Source of the DNA: an uncultured Bdellovibrionales bacterium
Lineage (GTDB): Bacteria; Patescibacteriota; Minisyncoccia; Moranbacterales; UBA1568
Direction: 5' to 3'
DNA: 64,000 bases
NCBI GenBank assembly: GCA_964384235.1
Contig: CAYLJX010000003.1
Coordinates: 8,389-72,388, forward strand
The notes beneath the pieces are model-generated. The model worked only from the letters and a program-made list of their open reading frames with translations, searched no databases and was not told the DNA's origin. Position numbers and translations under genes: made by a program. This document shows positions 17,324-26,578 of the stretch, in pieces (within the stretch, counting starts at the first letter, position 1; the number at the start of each line of letters is the position of its first letter).

Positions 17324-17927
17324 ACTTCTTGAGACCAGCGATGAAGCGTTTCAGTTCCGGCACTTTGTTCGTCACCTCCTCATACGGCCCCTCCAAAAAC
17401 TCGATGAAGAACCGGTCCAGCATGTTGAGGCGGTAGTGCAACTCCTCGTTGTTCATGAGTACGAACCGGATCTCTTTGCCGACTTCGGCCTCCAGATGAT
17501 TGATGGCGTGCTTGAGCTTGGTGCGGTTGACGTTGTTCACCACCAGGATCATATCCACCTTGCTCTTCGGATAGTTGAGGAACAGGCCGCTGATGAGGAT
17601 GAGTTTCACCTCGCCGACGATCTTGAGCTTGCGGAACACCTGTGACTGCGCATGGACATTGAGCTTGGAGACCAGGCTCTTGAGCTCCGTATAGAACGGG
17701 AAGTCCTCATTGGCGATATAGATCTTCCGCCCCTTCCGTGACCGCTCCACGATGAACTTCATTTTGGCCAGACGCGCCACTTCCCGAGCCACCTCCGTCC
17801 GGGAAACAAGTGTTTTTTCCGATACCTCGGCGGAACTGAATTCTATGCCGGGGTTCAAGAGGAAGAAGCGGATGAGACGGGAACGAGCCTTCGATCCGAA
17901 CAGCGCATCAAAGAGGGCAAGCGACAT
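17322..17927 (-). CDS. Winged-HTH plus nucleotidyltransferase-like domain protein
   Basis: LFGSKARSRLIRFF wHTH start; ISGLF...VDMILV resembles a degenerate polbeta-type NTase motif. Confidence 0.6.
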   Translation of the reverse strand: MSLALFDALFGSKARSRLIRFFLLNPGIEFSSAEVSEKTLVSRTEVAREVARLAKMKFIVERSRKGRKIYIANEDFPFYTELKSLVSKLNVHAQSQVFRKLKIVGEVKLILISGLFLNYPKSKVDMILVVNNVNRTKLKHAINHLEAEVGKEIRFVLMNNEELHYRLNMLDRFFIEFLEGPYEEVTNKVPELKRFIAGLKK

Positions 17928-17985
17928 AATACAGGTTTACGGTAAAAGAGAAACTACCGACCGCCTCCCAAGACCGGTCATGTGA

Positions 17986-18014
17986 AGTATATGAGAAAGA
18001 ATGAAGAAAGTCAA
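17986..18014 (-). promoter_or_regulatory. sigma70 promoter for 17927->14181 operon
   Basis: TTGACT-17 nt-TATACT. Confidence 0.65.
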
Positions 18015-18097
18015 AAACCACTCTCTTCTCAAAAATCCCTCCTGAAAGCCGAAAACCTCTGAGAAAAAAGGATTTTTATGGTATACTGAAGGAGTCT

Positions 18098-20617
18098 ATG
18101 CACAGAAAAAAAACTCCCGAAAAAAACACTCCCCTTCTGGAACTGGAAAAGGCTGTCAGTGAGGTATTGATCACCAACGGCCGCTCCCTGGAACCCTTCA
18201 TCAAGGTTTTTCATTATCAGGGAGACAACGTCACCCAGAAAAGCCTGGGGGCGCTGGTCGGTGTGTTCGAGGTGGATGAAAAGAGTGAGGACTCGGCTTA
18301 CATCGTGAACTTTCTCGCTTCCGTCGCGAAGAAAGAGTATTTCGGCAATCCACGCCGCGGCGCCATAGAGAGCTTCGAGGCGACCCTTCACAAGGTCAAT
18401 CTCGCCCTCGCCGAGCTCGTCAAGCATGGCAACGTCTCCTGGCTCGGCAAGTTCCACGGCTCCCTCTGTGTCCTCGAAAAGAACCACATCCATTTCTCCG
18501 TCACCGGACAAAGCGCCATTCTCCTCTGGAGAAACGAAGCCTTTACCGACATAAGCGACGGTCTCGCGTCGGAGGAATCCCATGTCCACCCCATCAAGAC
18601 GTTCGTGGAAATCTCCAGCGGACGACTCGACCTCGACGACCGGATCATCGTCGCTTCCCCCGAGCTCCTGGCCCTCTTTTCCTTGGAAGATCTCAGGAAA
18701 AACGCCCTGCGGATGGACAGAGACCGCTTCACGCAGTTCCTCCGGACCGCCCTCGTCAATGAGCTGGACATGGCCGGCATCGTCGTCATCGACTTCGTCG
18801 CCGCACAGCCCGTCGCGGAAGAAAAATCCGCTCCCCGGAAACCGAAGCATGACCAGAACATCTACCGGAACGTCTTCAGCGAAACGACTTTCGTCAAAAA
18901 ACCCGAGGAAATTTCCTCTACGGAACGACCGGTTGAAAGGACGGAACCACCACGGACGGAATATGTCGACACCAAGACCGGACACATCTACGTCCAAGGC
19001 GATACTTTGGAGCAGGAATCATCCCATCCCTTCTGGGAGCGCACACAACTGATCCTCTCCGACCTTGGCGGCGCGATCTCATCATTTCTCGCCGATAAGC
19101 GACGGCTCCTCCGGAAAGGCCGGAAAAAGTCAGTCATTCTCTTCGCCCTCTTCCTGGAACGATCCGGGACGGTATCGAGAAGGGGTCTTAGGGCGCTTCG
19201 CCGGCAGACGAGACACCTGAAAGACCGTCTTGCGGCTTCGCGAGAGAAAGAAGAAGAAAAGAGGAAACAGGAAGAAACTGATCTATCACAGGCATCGCAC
19301 CCGGATACACCGAGAGAAGAGTCTTTCCCCGTTCCAGAACCGGAAAATATTCCGGAGGAACCGCAAAAGAAAGAAGTGAAAACAGAAGAAGAGACCTTCC
19401 TTCTCCCTGAAAACGCACCCGAGGAAGAGAAAAAGGAGCATGTCATGACCACGCTTCCCGACCGTACTCTTCTCAAGACAAAACTCGCCTCCTTCTATGC
19501 CCCAAAAAGAGAACAAGCTGAGGGCCCCCGCAAGACATTCGCGGCTGCCATGGAGCATTCCTTGGAAAAAGCAGGTACTCTTTGGAATGATCTGAAGGAG
19601 AAGTGTTCCCCGAAAAACGTCCGGCTTCCCGATAAGATGGAGTTTTCATTTCCTCCTCAGGCCGTTTCCGCGCTAAAAAATCTGCCGGAACGATACCGAA
19701 GCCTCTCCCCGGAAAAAAAGAAATACTTGCTTGCCGGCTCGACTGTCATCATCCTCGTCGGAGGCACCTTTCTTCTCCTTCTCCCCCTCCTCACCCGTCC
19801 GACAGCCGAGAACGCTCCTGCGCCAGCCACCTCTTCGGAAACGCCCGCCTCTCCTCTCTCTGGTGAAAAAAATCTGCGCACGGTAACGCTCTCCGCCATC
19901 CAAGAGACCAGTGATGAAATCGTCACCCCTCTCATGCTCCACGGCGAACCCTTCCTCGTGACGAAACACGGGATCATTCAGGAGAACGATACTTTCTCTC
20001 TCCCGACAGCCGACCAGGTGGTACTCGCCGCCGCGATGGAAGACCTTCGTCTCATTTTCCTGTTTACCGAGAAGAAAAGCCTCTACGCGTGGAGTCCACT
20101 CACCCGTACCTACGTACAAAACTCCCTCTCTCTCCCGGATGGAGCGACCATCCGAGACATGGGGAGCTATCTCACCTATCTCTATTTCTTCGACAGCACC
20201 GGGAAACAGATCTACCGTTTTCCCCGCGCAACGGGAGGCTTCGGGGAACCGACCCCTTGGCTCAAGGAAAACCTTGAGCTCGGCGAGTCTTCTTCCATGG
20301 CTGTAGGGTCGGATATCTTTCTGTTCTCCCAAGATTCTCTCCGGAGCTATTCACGAGGCCGAACCGCCTCGACCCTGGAGTCACCGGTCAATCCTCTCGG
20401 AGCCATCCTTCTCACGGCACCGGAAGAGAGCTCCTTCCTCTACGCCCTCGACCGGAACAACCGCCGCATCCTCGTCTGGAATCGGGACGGCTCGCTCGTC
20501 GCCCAGTACGCCGCGGAGCAATTCTCCCAGGCCACCGGTCTCAGCGTCTCCGATGACGGCTCACAAATCTTCGTCTCCACTCCTCACACGCTCTACTCTT
20601 TCAAATCGGAGATGTAA
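18098..20617 (+). CDS. Large membrane protein: degenerate PP2C-like N-domain, TM helix, C-terminal beta-propeller-like domain
   Basis: N-terminal alpha/beta pattern (FSVTGQSAILLWR, ISSGRL..DDRIIVAS); TM near aa 550; LYFFD..QIYRF and LYALD..RRILVW propeller-type repeats. Confidence 0.6.
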   Translation: MHRKKTPEKNTPLLELEKAVSEVLITNGRSLEPFIKVFHYQGDNVTQKSLGALVGVFEVDEKSEDSAYIVNFLASVAKKEYFGNPRRGAIESFEATLHKVNLALAELVKHGNVSWLGKFHGSLCVLEKNHIHFSVTGQSAILLWRNEAFTDISDGLASEESHVHPIKTFVEISSGRLDLDDRIIVASPELLALFSLEDLRKNALRMDRDRFTQFLRTALVNELDMAGIVVIDFVAAQPVAEEKSAPRKPKHDQNIYRNVFSETTFVKKPEEISSTERPVERTEPPRTEYVDTKTGHIYVQGDTLEQESSHPFWERTQLILSDLGGAISSFLADKRRLLRKGRKKSVILFALFLERSGTVSRRGLRALRRQTRHLKDRLAASREKEEEKRKQEETDLSQASHPDTPREESFPVPEPENIPEEPQKKEVKTEEETFLLPENAPEEEKKEHVMTTLPDRTLLKTKLASFYAPKREQAEGPRKTFAAAMEHSLEKAGTLWNDLKEKCSPKNVRLPDKMEFSFPPQAVSALKNLPERYRSLSPEKKKYLLAGSTVIILVGGTFLLLLPLLTRPTAENAPAPATSSETPASPLSGEKNLRTVTLSAIQETSDEIVTPLMLHGEPFLVTKHGIIQENDTFSLPTADQVVLAAAMEDLRLIFLFTEKKSLYAWSPLTRTYVQNSLSLPDGATIRDMGSYLTYLYFFDSTGKQIYRFPRATGGFGEPTPWLKENLELGESSSMAVGSDIFLFSQDSLRSYSRGRTASTLESPVNPLGAILLTAPEESSFLYALDRNNRRILVWNRDGSLVAQYAAEQFSQATGLSVSDDGSQIFVSTPHTLYSFKSEM

Positions 20618-20623
20618 GTTTTT

Positions 20624-23101
20624 CTATACGTTCTCCGCGAGGCGGACACGGTCCATGATCTCGCGGTTGACGATGTTGGCGTCCCGGCCGTAGCGCAGAC
20701 GCGAGAGTTCCTTGAGCGCGTTGGCAATCTCCTGATTCCCATGGGTCGGCGCGTAGGTCTTCATGTTGAACGGCTTGGTGAGCTCATTGTTCATGAGGAG
20801 CCGGACGAAACAGTTGTAGTTGTCGACGTTCATGAGATCGCTCGCCGCAAAGACCGGCGCGAACTGTTTCTCCAAAAATTCCGCGTCCTCCGGTCCCACC
20901 CGGAAGGCCGTGAGTGATCCGACGTTGCCGAAGACCGCCTTGGAGATCTCTTCCTTGAGCTGACCGATGAACTGGTGCGCCAGGATGAGGACGAGACGGT
21001 ACTTGCGCGCCTCGGAGAGGATCTGCGCGATGGAGTTGGTCGTCACGTTCTGGAACTCGTCGAGGTAGAGATAGAAGTCCTTGCGCTCGGCTTCCGGCAT
21101 ATCGACGCGGGACAGGGCCGCCATAAGGATCTTGCCGACGATGACCATACCGAGGAGCCGGGCGTTGATCTCGCCGATCTTGCCCTTGGAGAGGTTGATG
21201 AGGACGATCTTGCCGCTGTCCATGATCTCGCGGAAGTTGAGGGAGCTATGCTGCTGCGCGATGATGGGACGCATCATGTCGTTACTGATGAAGGCAGTGA
21301 GCTTGGACGTGATGTAGGGCACCATGTTGGCAAGCGCCGCGTCGCCGCCGGCCTTCTCCGCTTCCTTGAGCCAGAAGTCACGCACGATCGGATTGGTACA
21401 ATGCTCGAGTTTCATCCGGCGGAAATCCTCGTCGGCGAGCACTTTGGAAATCTCCAAGAGCGTCGATCCGCTCTCGGGGTGTTCCATAATGAGGAGCATG
21501 GCGTTTCGCATGTACTGCTCGAACATCGGACCTCCCGTCGCCTTGAGATCGTAGAGCTGATCGAAGATGCCGATCATCTCGTTGATGACGAACGTCTTCT
21601 GCTCGGGATGCGCCGGATCGTATTCGAGGAGGTTGATACCGATGGGTCGTGCCACATCGGCCGGATCGAAGACAATGACGTCCTCGGCCCGTTCCTTGGG
21701 GATAGCGGTCAGGATGTCCTCGATGGCGTCGCCGTGCGGATCGATGAAACAGAAGCCTTTGCCGGACCGCGCGTCTTTCTTGGCCATTTCCTGAAGATAG
21801 TTGGACTTGCCGACACCCGTCTGTCCGATGACATACATGTGGCGACGACGGTCGTTGTCAGTGATGCGGATGTCCGCCTTGGCACCCCGATAGTCATTAA
21901 AGCCGAGAAGGATGCCCTCCTGGGGAATATTGATCGGGGGCGCAGCGGCGCCGGATTTGAGCCACTTGATCTTGGGCGTTTCGGTGGTCGAGATAGGAAA
22001 GTGGAAGATGCTCGCGATCTCCTCGACGTTCATAATCATGGAGTTCTCCTCGTCGAAATTGCGGAAGATGTAATCATAGAGAGCCTCTTTGGCCCGGACA
22101 CGCTTCCTCACGCGGAAGCGGTTCACTTCCGGATTCTCGAACTGACTGAATGCGTTTTCCATATGCGCGAGGATCTCTTCCGCTCGTTCCTGACTCTTGG
22201 CCGAGGCCACCAGGCGGATGTTCACGCGGAAGGCGCTCTTGCTCGCCTTGGTATCGATCGCCTTGACGAGCTCCTGCTCCTCGGGCGTGAGCTGCACGAC
22301 CTTCTTCTCTTCCGACATCGGATTCTTCTTGGAATTCGTAAGGACGCTCACCATGCCCTTGCCGACTTCCTTGCCGACATCGCTCATGAGCGAACCGCCG
22401 CGCGCGTCCTTGAGCCGTTTGCCTTCCTGCATCTTCTGTGCGAGGGAACGGCCAGCTCCGCGCCACTTGGTCCCCGCCTGCGAGAGAAGCACCTGAATGG
22501 AAGCTCCTTCATCGATCGTCTGGAGACGGCTGAGTGCGTTGGAAATCTCATTGAGGGGATCGACACCCATCTGCCGATACGTCCGAAGCGGCAGCGCATG
22601 ACTCTCCGCAAGCTCGAGCGTCGCTACGACCGACACGCTCTCGGGAGAGAAGACGGTATAATCGGAAACCTTTTCGATGACCGCGTGCGGAAAGAAACCA
22701 TGGATCTGCTTCTCCACGCTCTCGCGAAACTTCTTGGGCACGGACAGATAAAAGAAAATCTCTTCGCTCGAAGACGGGTTGGCGATCTCGAACACGATGT
22801 TCGGTACATGAAAAAAAAGCTTCTTGAGGAAGTTTCCTTTCGGCTTGAGCGTCGCGAGGGTGATGAGGAGCTGTTCCATCGCGAGAATCTCCTCCTTCCA
22901 GGCCTCGGCGCTCCGCTCCCCTTCCGGAAGCTTTTTCTTGGTCACCTGGATGACCTCGAGATCCATATTGAGCGACTGGTTGACCTGGTATCGGAAACGG
23001 AAAAAGCTGCGGATCACGAGCAATGCCCCGGAAAAAAGCGTGAAACCCGCGAGTATCCACGCGAGCGGCACGAACACGATATTCAGATCGAATCCCTCCA
23101 T
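20624..23101 (-). CDS. VirD4/TrwB/HerA-family P-loop ATPase (type IV coupling protein-like)
   Basis: RRRHMYVIGQTGVGKS Walker A, FIDPHGD, LYLDEFQN Walker B, SEARKYRLVLILAHQF; N-terminal TM. Confidence 0.9.
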   Translation of the reverse strand: MEGFDLNIVFVPLAWILAGFTLFSGALLVIRSFFRFRYQVNQSLNMDLEVIQVTKKKLPEGERSAEAWKEEILAMEQLLITLATLKPKGNFLKKLFFHVPNIVFEIANPSSSEEIFFYLSVPKKFRESVEKQIHGFFPHAVIEKVSDYTVFSPESVSVVATLELAESHALPLRTYRQMGVDPLNEISNALSRLQTIDEGASIQVLLSQAGTKWRGAGRSLAQKMQEGKRLKDARGGSLMSDVGKEVGKGMVSVLTNSKKNPMSEEKKVVQLTPEEQELVKAIDTKASKSAFRVNIRLVASAKSQERAEEILAHMENAFSQFENPEVNRFRVRKRVRAKEALYDYIFRNFDEENSMIMNVEEIASIFHFPISTTETPKIKWLKSGAAAPPINIPQEGILLGFNDYRGAKADIRITDNDRRRHMYVIGQTGVGKSNYLQEMAKKDARSGKGFCFIDPHGDAIEDILTAIPKERAEDVIVFDPADVARPIGINLLEYDPAHPEQKTFVINEMIGIFDQLYDLKATGGPMFEQYMRNAMLLIMEHPESGSTLLEISKVLADEDFRRMKLEHCTNPIVRDFWLKEAEKAGGDAALANMVPYITSKLTAFISNDMMRPIIAQQHSSLNFREIMDSGKIVLINLSKGKIGEINARLLGMVIVGKILMAALSRVDMPEAERKDFYLYLDEFQNVTTNSIAQILSEARKYRLVLILAHQFIGQLKEEISKAVFGNVGSLTAFRVGPEDAEFLEKQFAPVFAASDLMNVDNYNCFVRLLMNNELTKPFNMKTYAPTHGNQEIANALKELSRLRYGRDANIVNREIMDRVRLAENV

Positions 23102-23104
23102 ATT

Positions 23105-23210
23105 TGTTGAGTGAGTAGTGAGTAGTTTGTAGTGAGTAGAAAAAATTCAAAAAATCCAGTCGGTATCATTGTTATCGGTCTACCGACTACTCACTACGAC
23201 CTACTCACTC
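23105..23210. repeat. Inverted heptamer microrepeat pair (AGTGAGT / ACTCACT)
   Basis: gagtgagtagtgagtagtttgtagtgagtag ... ctactcactacgacctactcact; the unit recurs at ~23968-24020. Confidence 0.7.
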
Positions 23211-23629
23211 TTGATCAGTCCCTTCTCCACGAGGCCCTGGTAGAACTTGTCAGCGAGCTCGTCGTGCATCTTGTCGAGAACGTAGTAATCCTTGAGCTTG
23301 CGCGCGACAGAGACCGCGTGCACGACGCCCTTGGTTCCGGCGAGGTCGACGAGCTTCTGTACTTTTGATTCCGCATCGGTCACATCGGCGATACTCTTGG
23401 CATCCTGATGAGTATCCGTATCGGTATCGTCACCCACCTGCTTGGCCGCACCGCCGGCCTTCGAGAGGATCTCATTGAATGTCCCTTCCGCTTGCTCGAC
23501 CGACTGCTCCGCTTGCTCGACCTGTCGCTCAGGCACGTTCGGAACCTCCTGTCCCTCGCCTCCAACCGTTTTCATCTCCTCCGGCTTCGCCTCCTGTTTC
23601 GTCTCCCCGAGAGTCAGTTCTTCAGCCAT
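23201..23629 (-). CDS. Hypothetical protein
   Basis: Acidic N-terminus; C-terminal KGVVHAVSVARKL..YVLDKMHDEL helical domain. Confidence 0.75.
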   Translation of the reverse strand: MAEELTLGETKQEAKPEEMKTVGGEGQEVPNVPERQVEQAEQSVEQAEGTFNEILSKAGGAAKQVGDDTDTDTHQDAKSIADVTDAESKVQKLVDLAGTKGVVHAVSVARKLKDYYVLDKMHDELADKFYQGLVEKGLIKSE

Positions 23630-23654
23630 ACTCGTTTTCCTCTATCGTTTATGA

Positions 23655-23960
23655 TTACACCAATCCTTCCTTCATCTCTTCCTTAAACTTCTCGACGACT
23701 TCCTTCACGAAGGCCCCGTAACCGGGAATCTTCTGCTCGAAAAACGCCTCCACTTCTTCCTGACTGGCCGACTTGTCGAGCAACCCTTCGTATTCCTTCA
23801 CGCCGGCGTCTCCGAGCTTGTCCATCGTCTCGAGAAAGATCCGTTTGAGGAGCGCCTCCCCTATCTGGGAAAGCAGCGCTTCCTGCTTTTCCGTCGGGAG
23901 CGTCTCCAGATGAAACGTTTCAACGAGTTCTTTCTTCAGTGCTTCTTGGTCGAGAGTCAT
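23655..23960 (-). CDS. Small acidic helical protein (DUF5663-like, CPR-typical)
   Basis: LPTEKQEALL...FFEQKIPGY..FVKEVVE pattern. Confidence 0.65.
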   Translation of the reverse strand: MTLDQEALKKELVETFHLETLPTEKQEALLSQIGEALLKRIFLETMDKLGDAGVKEYEGLLDKSASQEEVEAFFEQKIPGYGAFVKEVVEKFKEEMKEGLV

Positions 23961-24025
23961 ATTTTTTTAGTTAGTAGTGAGTAGTTGGTAGTGAGTAGTT
24001 ATGGTTGGTAGTGAGCAGGAGAAAG

Positions 24026-26578
24026 TCAGAAGCGGATTTCTTTGCCGGTGCGAAGTGCGATCGTCATGATACGACGGGTATACTCGTCGACGGTTTCCCC
24101 GGCCTTGGCATAGGAGAGCGGTCCGAGCGCCTTCTCCGCCGCCTTGGTAAACAAGTCAAGCCCCTTCATCTGGGAATAATGCAACGGATTAAGGGAACGG
24201 TCGTAATTGGTGAAGGGATTGCCATTCAGTTTCCCATAGTCACCGAGGACCCGACCGACTTCCGCTCCGCCCAACGCTTTCGCGTTTTCCGTGTACTGAT
24301 ACTCGAGACCGGTCATTCCTTCTATCTCACTCGTCTGAAAGATTCCCATGCGGATATTTCCCAGTCCCCGGTTGAACTGTCCGATCATTTCGGGATTCTC
24401 CGCGAGGTACGCTTTGGGGTTGCTGTTGATGAGGTTCTCTTCCTGGACGCGGACGGCATCCTCCACCGACACATCCCTCACTGCCGGTTCAGAGACCACT
24501 CCGGAGACGGTCCCTTCCGCCGGTACCGCGGCTTCCGTGCCGACCTGCCCGGCTACGGCTTCCGCCACGTTTTTCCCTGGGATATATTCCCCGGAGAGCG
24601 CCTTGTCGATATCCTGCGCGTTGAGAATCTGACCGAATTTGATCGTATCGCCGGCATAGATCTTTCCGATATCGCCATCCGGGAATCCTAAGCCTTTGAG
24701 CTGTTCCGGCGACATGTCATGCAGCTTGTTTTGGATCGCATTTTCCAGGGACTGGATCGCCTTCACGCGGTCAGCACCATGGAGGTCTTCCGGGAGCTTG
24801 GCATCGATGATACCCCAGAGACCCCGCTTGCCATCGGCCGATGTGAGATGATAGTCCTCGAGGGAGAAACTTATCTTTTCAGGTGTCACAGAAGCCGCTC
24901 CCTCCGCTGCGGGAGCTACTGCTGCTACTTCCGTCGCGGCGATTTCAGGCGAAGCCATACCTGCCTCTGCTGAAGGAGTCGCCTCAGCCGACGACCCTAC
25001 GGTACCAATACCCATCTTCTCCGTGATGATCTGCCCGAGCCAGCCGGAACCGACCGCCACGCCAAGTCCCAGTGCAGCGCCTTTACGTACTTTCTTCCAG
25101 GCTTTCTCGTGTGAAAGTCTCTCATCAAGGTCAAAAATATTCCCTTTCAGCATCGCACTTGCTTTGTCGAAATCGATGATTTTCCCGTTTCTTTCTTCAA
25201 CCGCTTTCTGATCGGTCTCGAGAGTAGGTTCCTGTCTCTCCTTTGTGGTGAGTTCCTCCATCGCTTCAGCCACTTCCCTGTCCGCTTTCGATTCTCGACG
25301 CGCTGCAGCCACCTTCTCAAGCCCGGTTTCCGAAGTGACAAAAAGTGCCGATCCGGCCATCATGTTTCTCACCTTGTTGATACCCAAAGCGAGCGCTCCG
25401 CCCGCCACTCCCCCGAAAGCGGCCGTCGTAGCCGCCCCGGTAAGGAGAACCGCGGTGATGGCGATCTTTTCCGCACCGGAAAGCCGGTTGTACCATCTTC
25501 CGAGCGCCCCGAACGAGTCAAGCGCTTTGGTTGGCCAGTTACGATGCTCCGCCTGATACTGCGTCCGCGCGTCCACGAGCTTTATCGTCTCGCCAAGCTT
25601 CACCTCTTTGAGGAGGTTTCCCATTCCCTCTTTGAGCTCCATTCCGGAAAGGTTCCCTTGCTTCAGCTGCTCAAGCTCGAGGTTCTGCAGATCCATGAGC
25701 TTGTTCATGTACTTGGCCTGGTAGTAATTCACCTCGGCATGCCCCTTTTCCTGCCATTCGCGTTCATCCAGTCCTTTCAGTGTTTTTCCAAAAAACTTCT
25801 GCACTCGCGCCCATGCGTTGGTGTTCTCATGGTCCTCCTTCACATACTCCGCCCGCATCGCCTCGACTTCCCCACGAAGCTTGGCGATCCGCTCTTCGAG
25901 AGGAGATTCTTCCGTCTTCATCTCCGGCTTCAGACCAAGTCCCTCTTCGACGACTTCTAACCGGTCAGCCGGCGTCTCGAAAGGCTTTTCCATCTCCGCC
26001 TGGACTTTTTCCGACATGAACTCCTCCGCCTTCAGCTCGGGAATGTCTTCGGTCTTCGTCGCATGCTGATCTGCAGTCGCAGGCACACTTACGTTCTCAG
26101 GACCATCCGTCTCTGGTTTGTTCAATGGTTCCGTTTTTCCCCAGTCTCTGTATACCTCATCCTGATAGTCAGCGTAAGCTTTCGATTCCTCTTCCGTCTG
26201 TACTCGAGGAGTCGGTTCGGCAGCCGAAGCGACATCCGCCACCTGCGGTTCCGAGACGTTAAACGCATCCAGTTCCTGCTGCGCCTTGGCGATATGTCGA
26301 TTCTCACTGCCGAGAAACGGATTGACGGCATTAGCCTTATCAAGATTCTCGCCAACCTTTTTCTTTGACGCCATCCCCCGTGCCGTTCTTTTTCTTGTCC
26401 GCAAAGACTTCTGTTGGTCTTCGTCACCGGCTTCATTATCGGAATACTCTATCGGATTCTCCTTTTCAAGAATCTTCAAGGCAGCCGCTTTCGCAAGCGC
26501 CACCTGCTCCTCGTGGGACTTCTTTTGTCTTTCCGGTCTTACCGGTTGTTGGATATTTTCCATGCCCATAGGGTTCAT
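24026..26578 (-). CDS. Large hypothetical protein: coiled coil, Gly/Ala hydrophobic segments, LysM-like region
   Basis: 850-aa ORF; IAITAVLLTGAATTAAFGGVAGGALALG and GAALGLGVAVGSGWLG segments; GLWGII...IYAGDTIKF. Confidence 0.7.
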   Translation of the reverse strand: MNPMGMENIQQPVRPERQKKSHEEQVALAKAAALKILEKENPIEYSDNEAGDEDQQKSLRTRKRTARGMASKKKVGENLDKANAVNPFLGSENRHIAKAQQELDAFNVSEPQVADVASAAEPTPRVQTEEESKAYADYQDEVYRDWGKTEPLNKPETDGPENVSVPATADQHATKTEDIPELKAEEFMSEKVQAEMEKPFETPADRLEVVEEGLGLKPEMKTEESPLEERIAKLRGEVEAMRAEYVKEDHENTNAWARVQKFFGKTLKGLDEREWQEKGHAEVNYYQAKYMNKLMDLQNLELEQLKQGNLSGMELKEGMGNLLKEVKLGETIKLVDARTQYQAEHRNWPTKALDSFGALGRWYNRLSGAEKIAITAVLLTGAATTAAFGGVAGGALALGINKVRNMMAGSALFVTSETGLEKVAAARRESKADREVAEAMEELTTKERQEPTLETDQKAVEERNGKIIDFDKASAMLKGNIFDLDERLSHEKAWKKVRKGAALGLGVAVGSGWLGQIITEKMGIGTVGSSAEATPSAEAGMASPEIAATEVAAVAPAAEGAASVTPEKISFSLEDYHLTSADGKRGLWGIIDAKLPEDLHGADRVKAIQSLENAIQNKLHDMSPEQLKGLGFPDGDIGKIYAGDTIKFGQILNAQDIDKALSGEYIPGKNVAEAVAGQVGTEAAVPAEGTVSGVVSEPAVRDVSVEDAVRVQEENLINSNPKAYLAENPEMIGQFNRGLGNIRMGIFQTSEIEGMTGLEYQYTENAKALGGAEVGRVLGDYGKLNGNPFTNYDRSLNPLHYSQMKGLDLFTKAAEKALGPLSYAKAGETVDEYTRRIMTIALRTGKEIRF

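Noticed and set aside
20624-23101. Conjugative element/ICE
   Set aside because: No relaxase, integrase, VirB4 or att boundaries are visible around the ATPase.
20975-23110. 711-aa plus-strand ORF, and similar long ORFs such as 7879-9780, 43152-44870, 48815-50581 and 52954-54501
   Set aside because: Antisense shadows of well-supported GC3-rich minus-strand genes, with no recognisable motifs.
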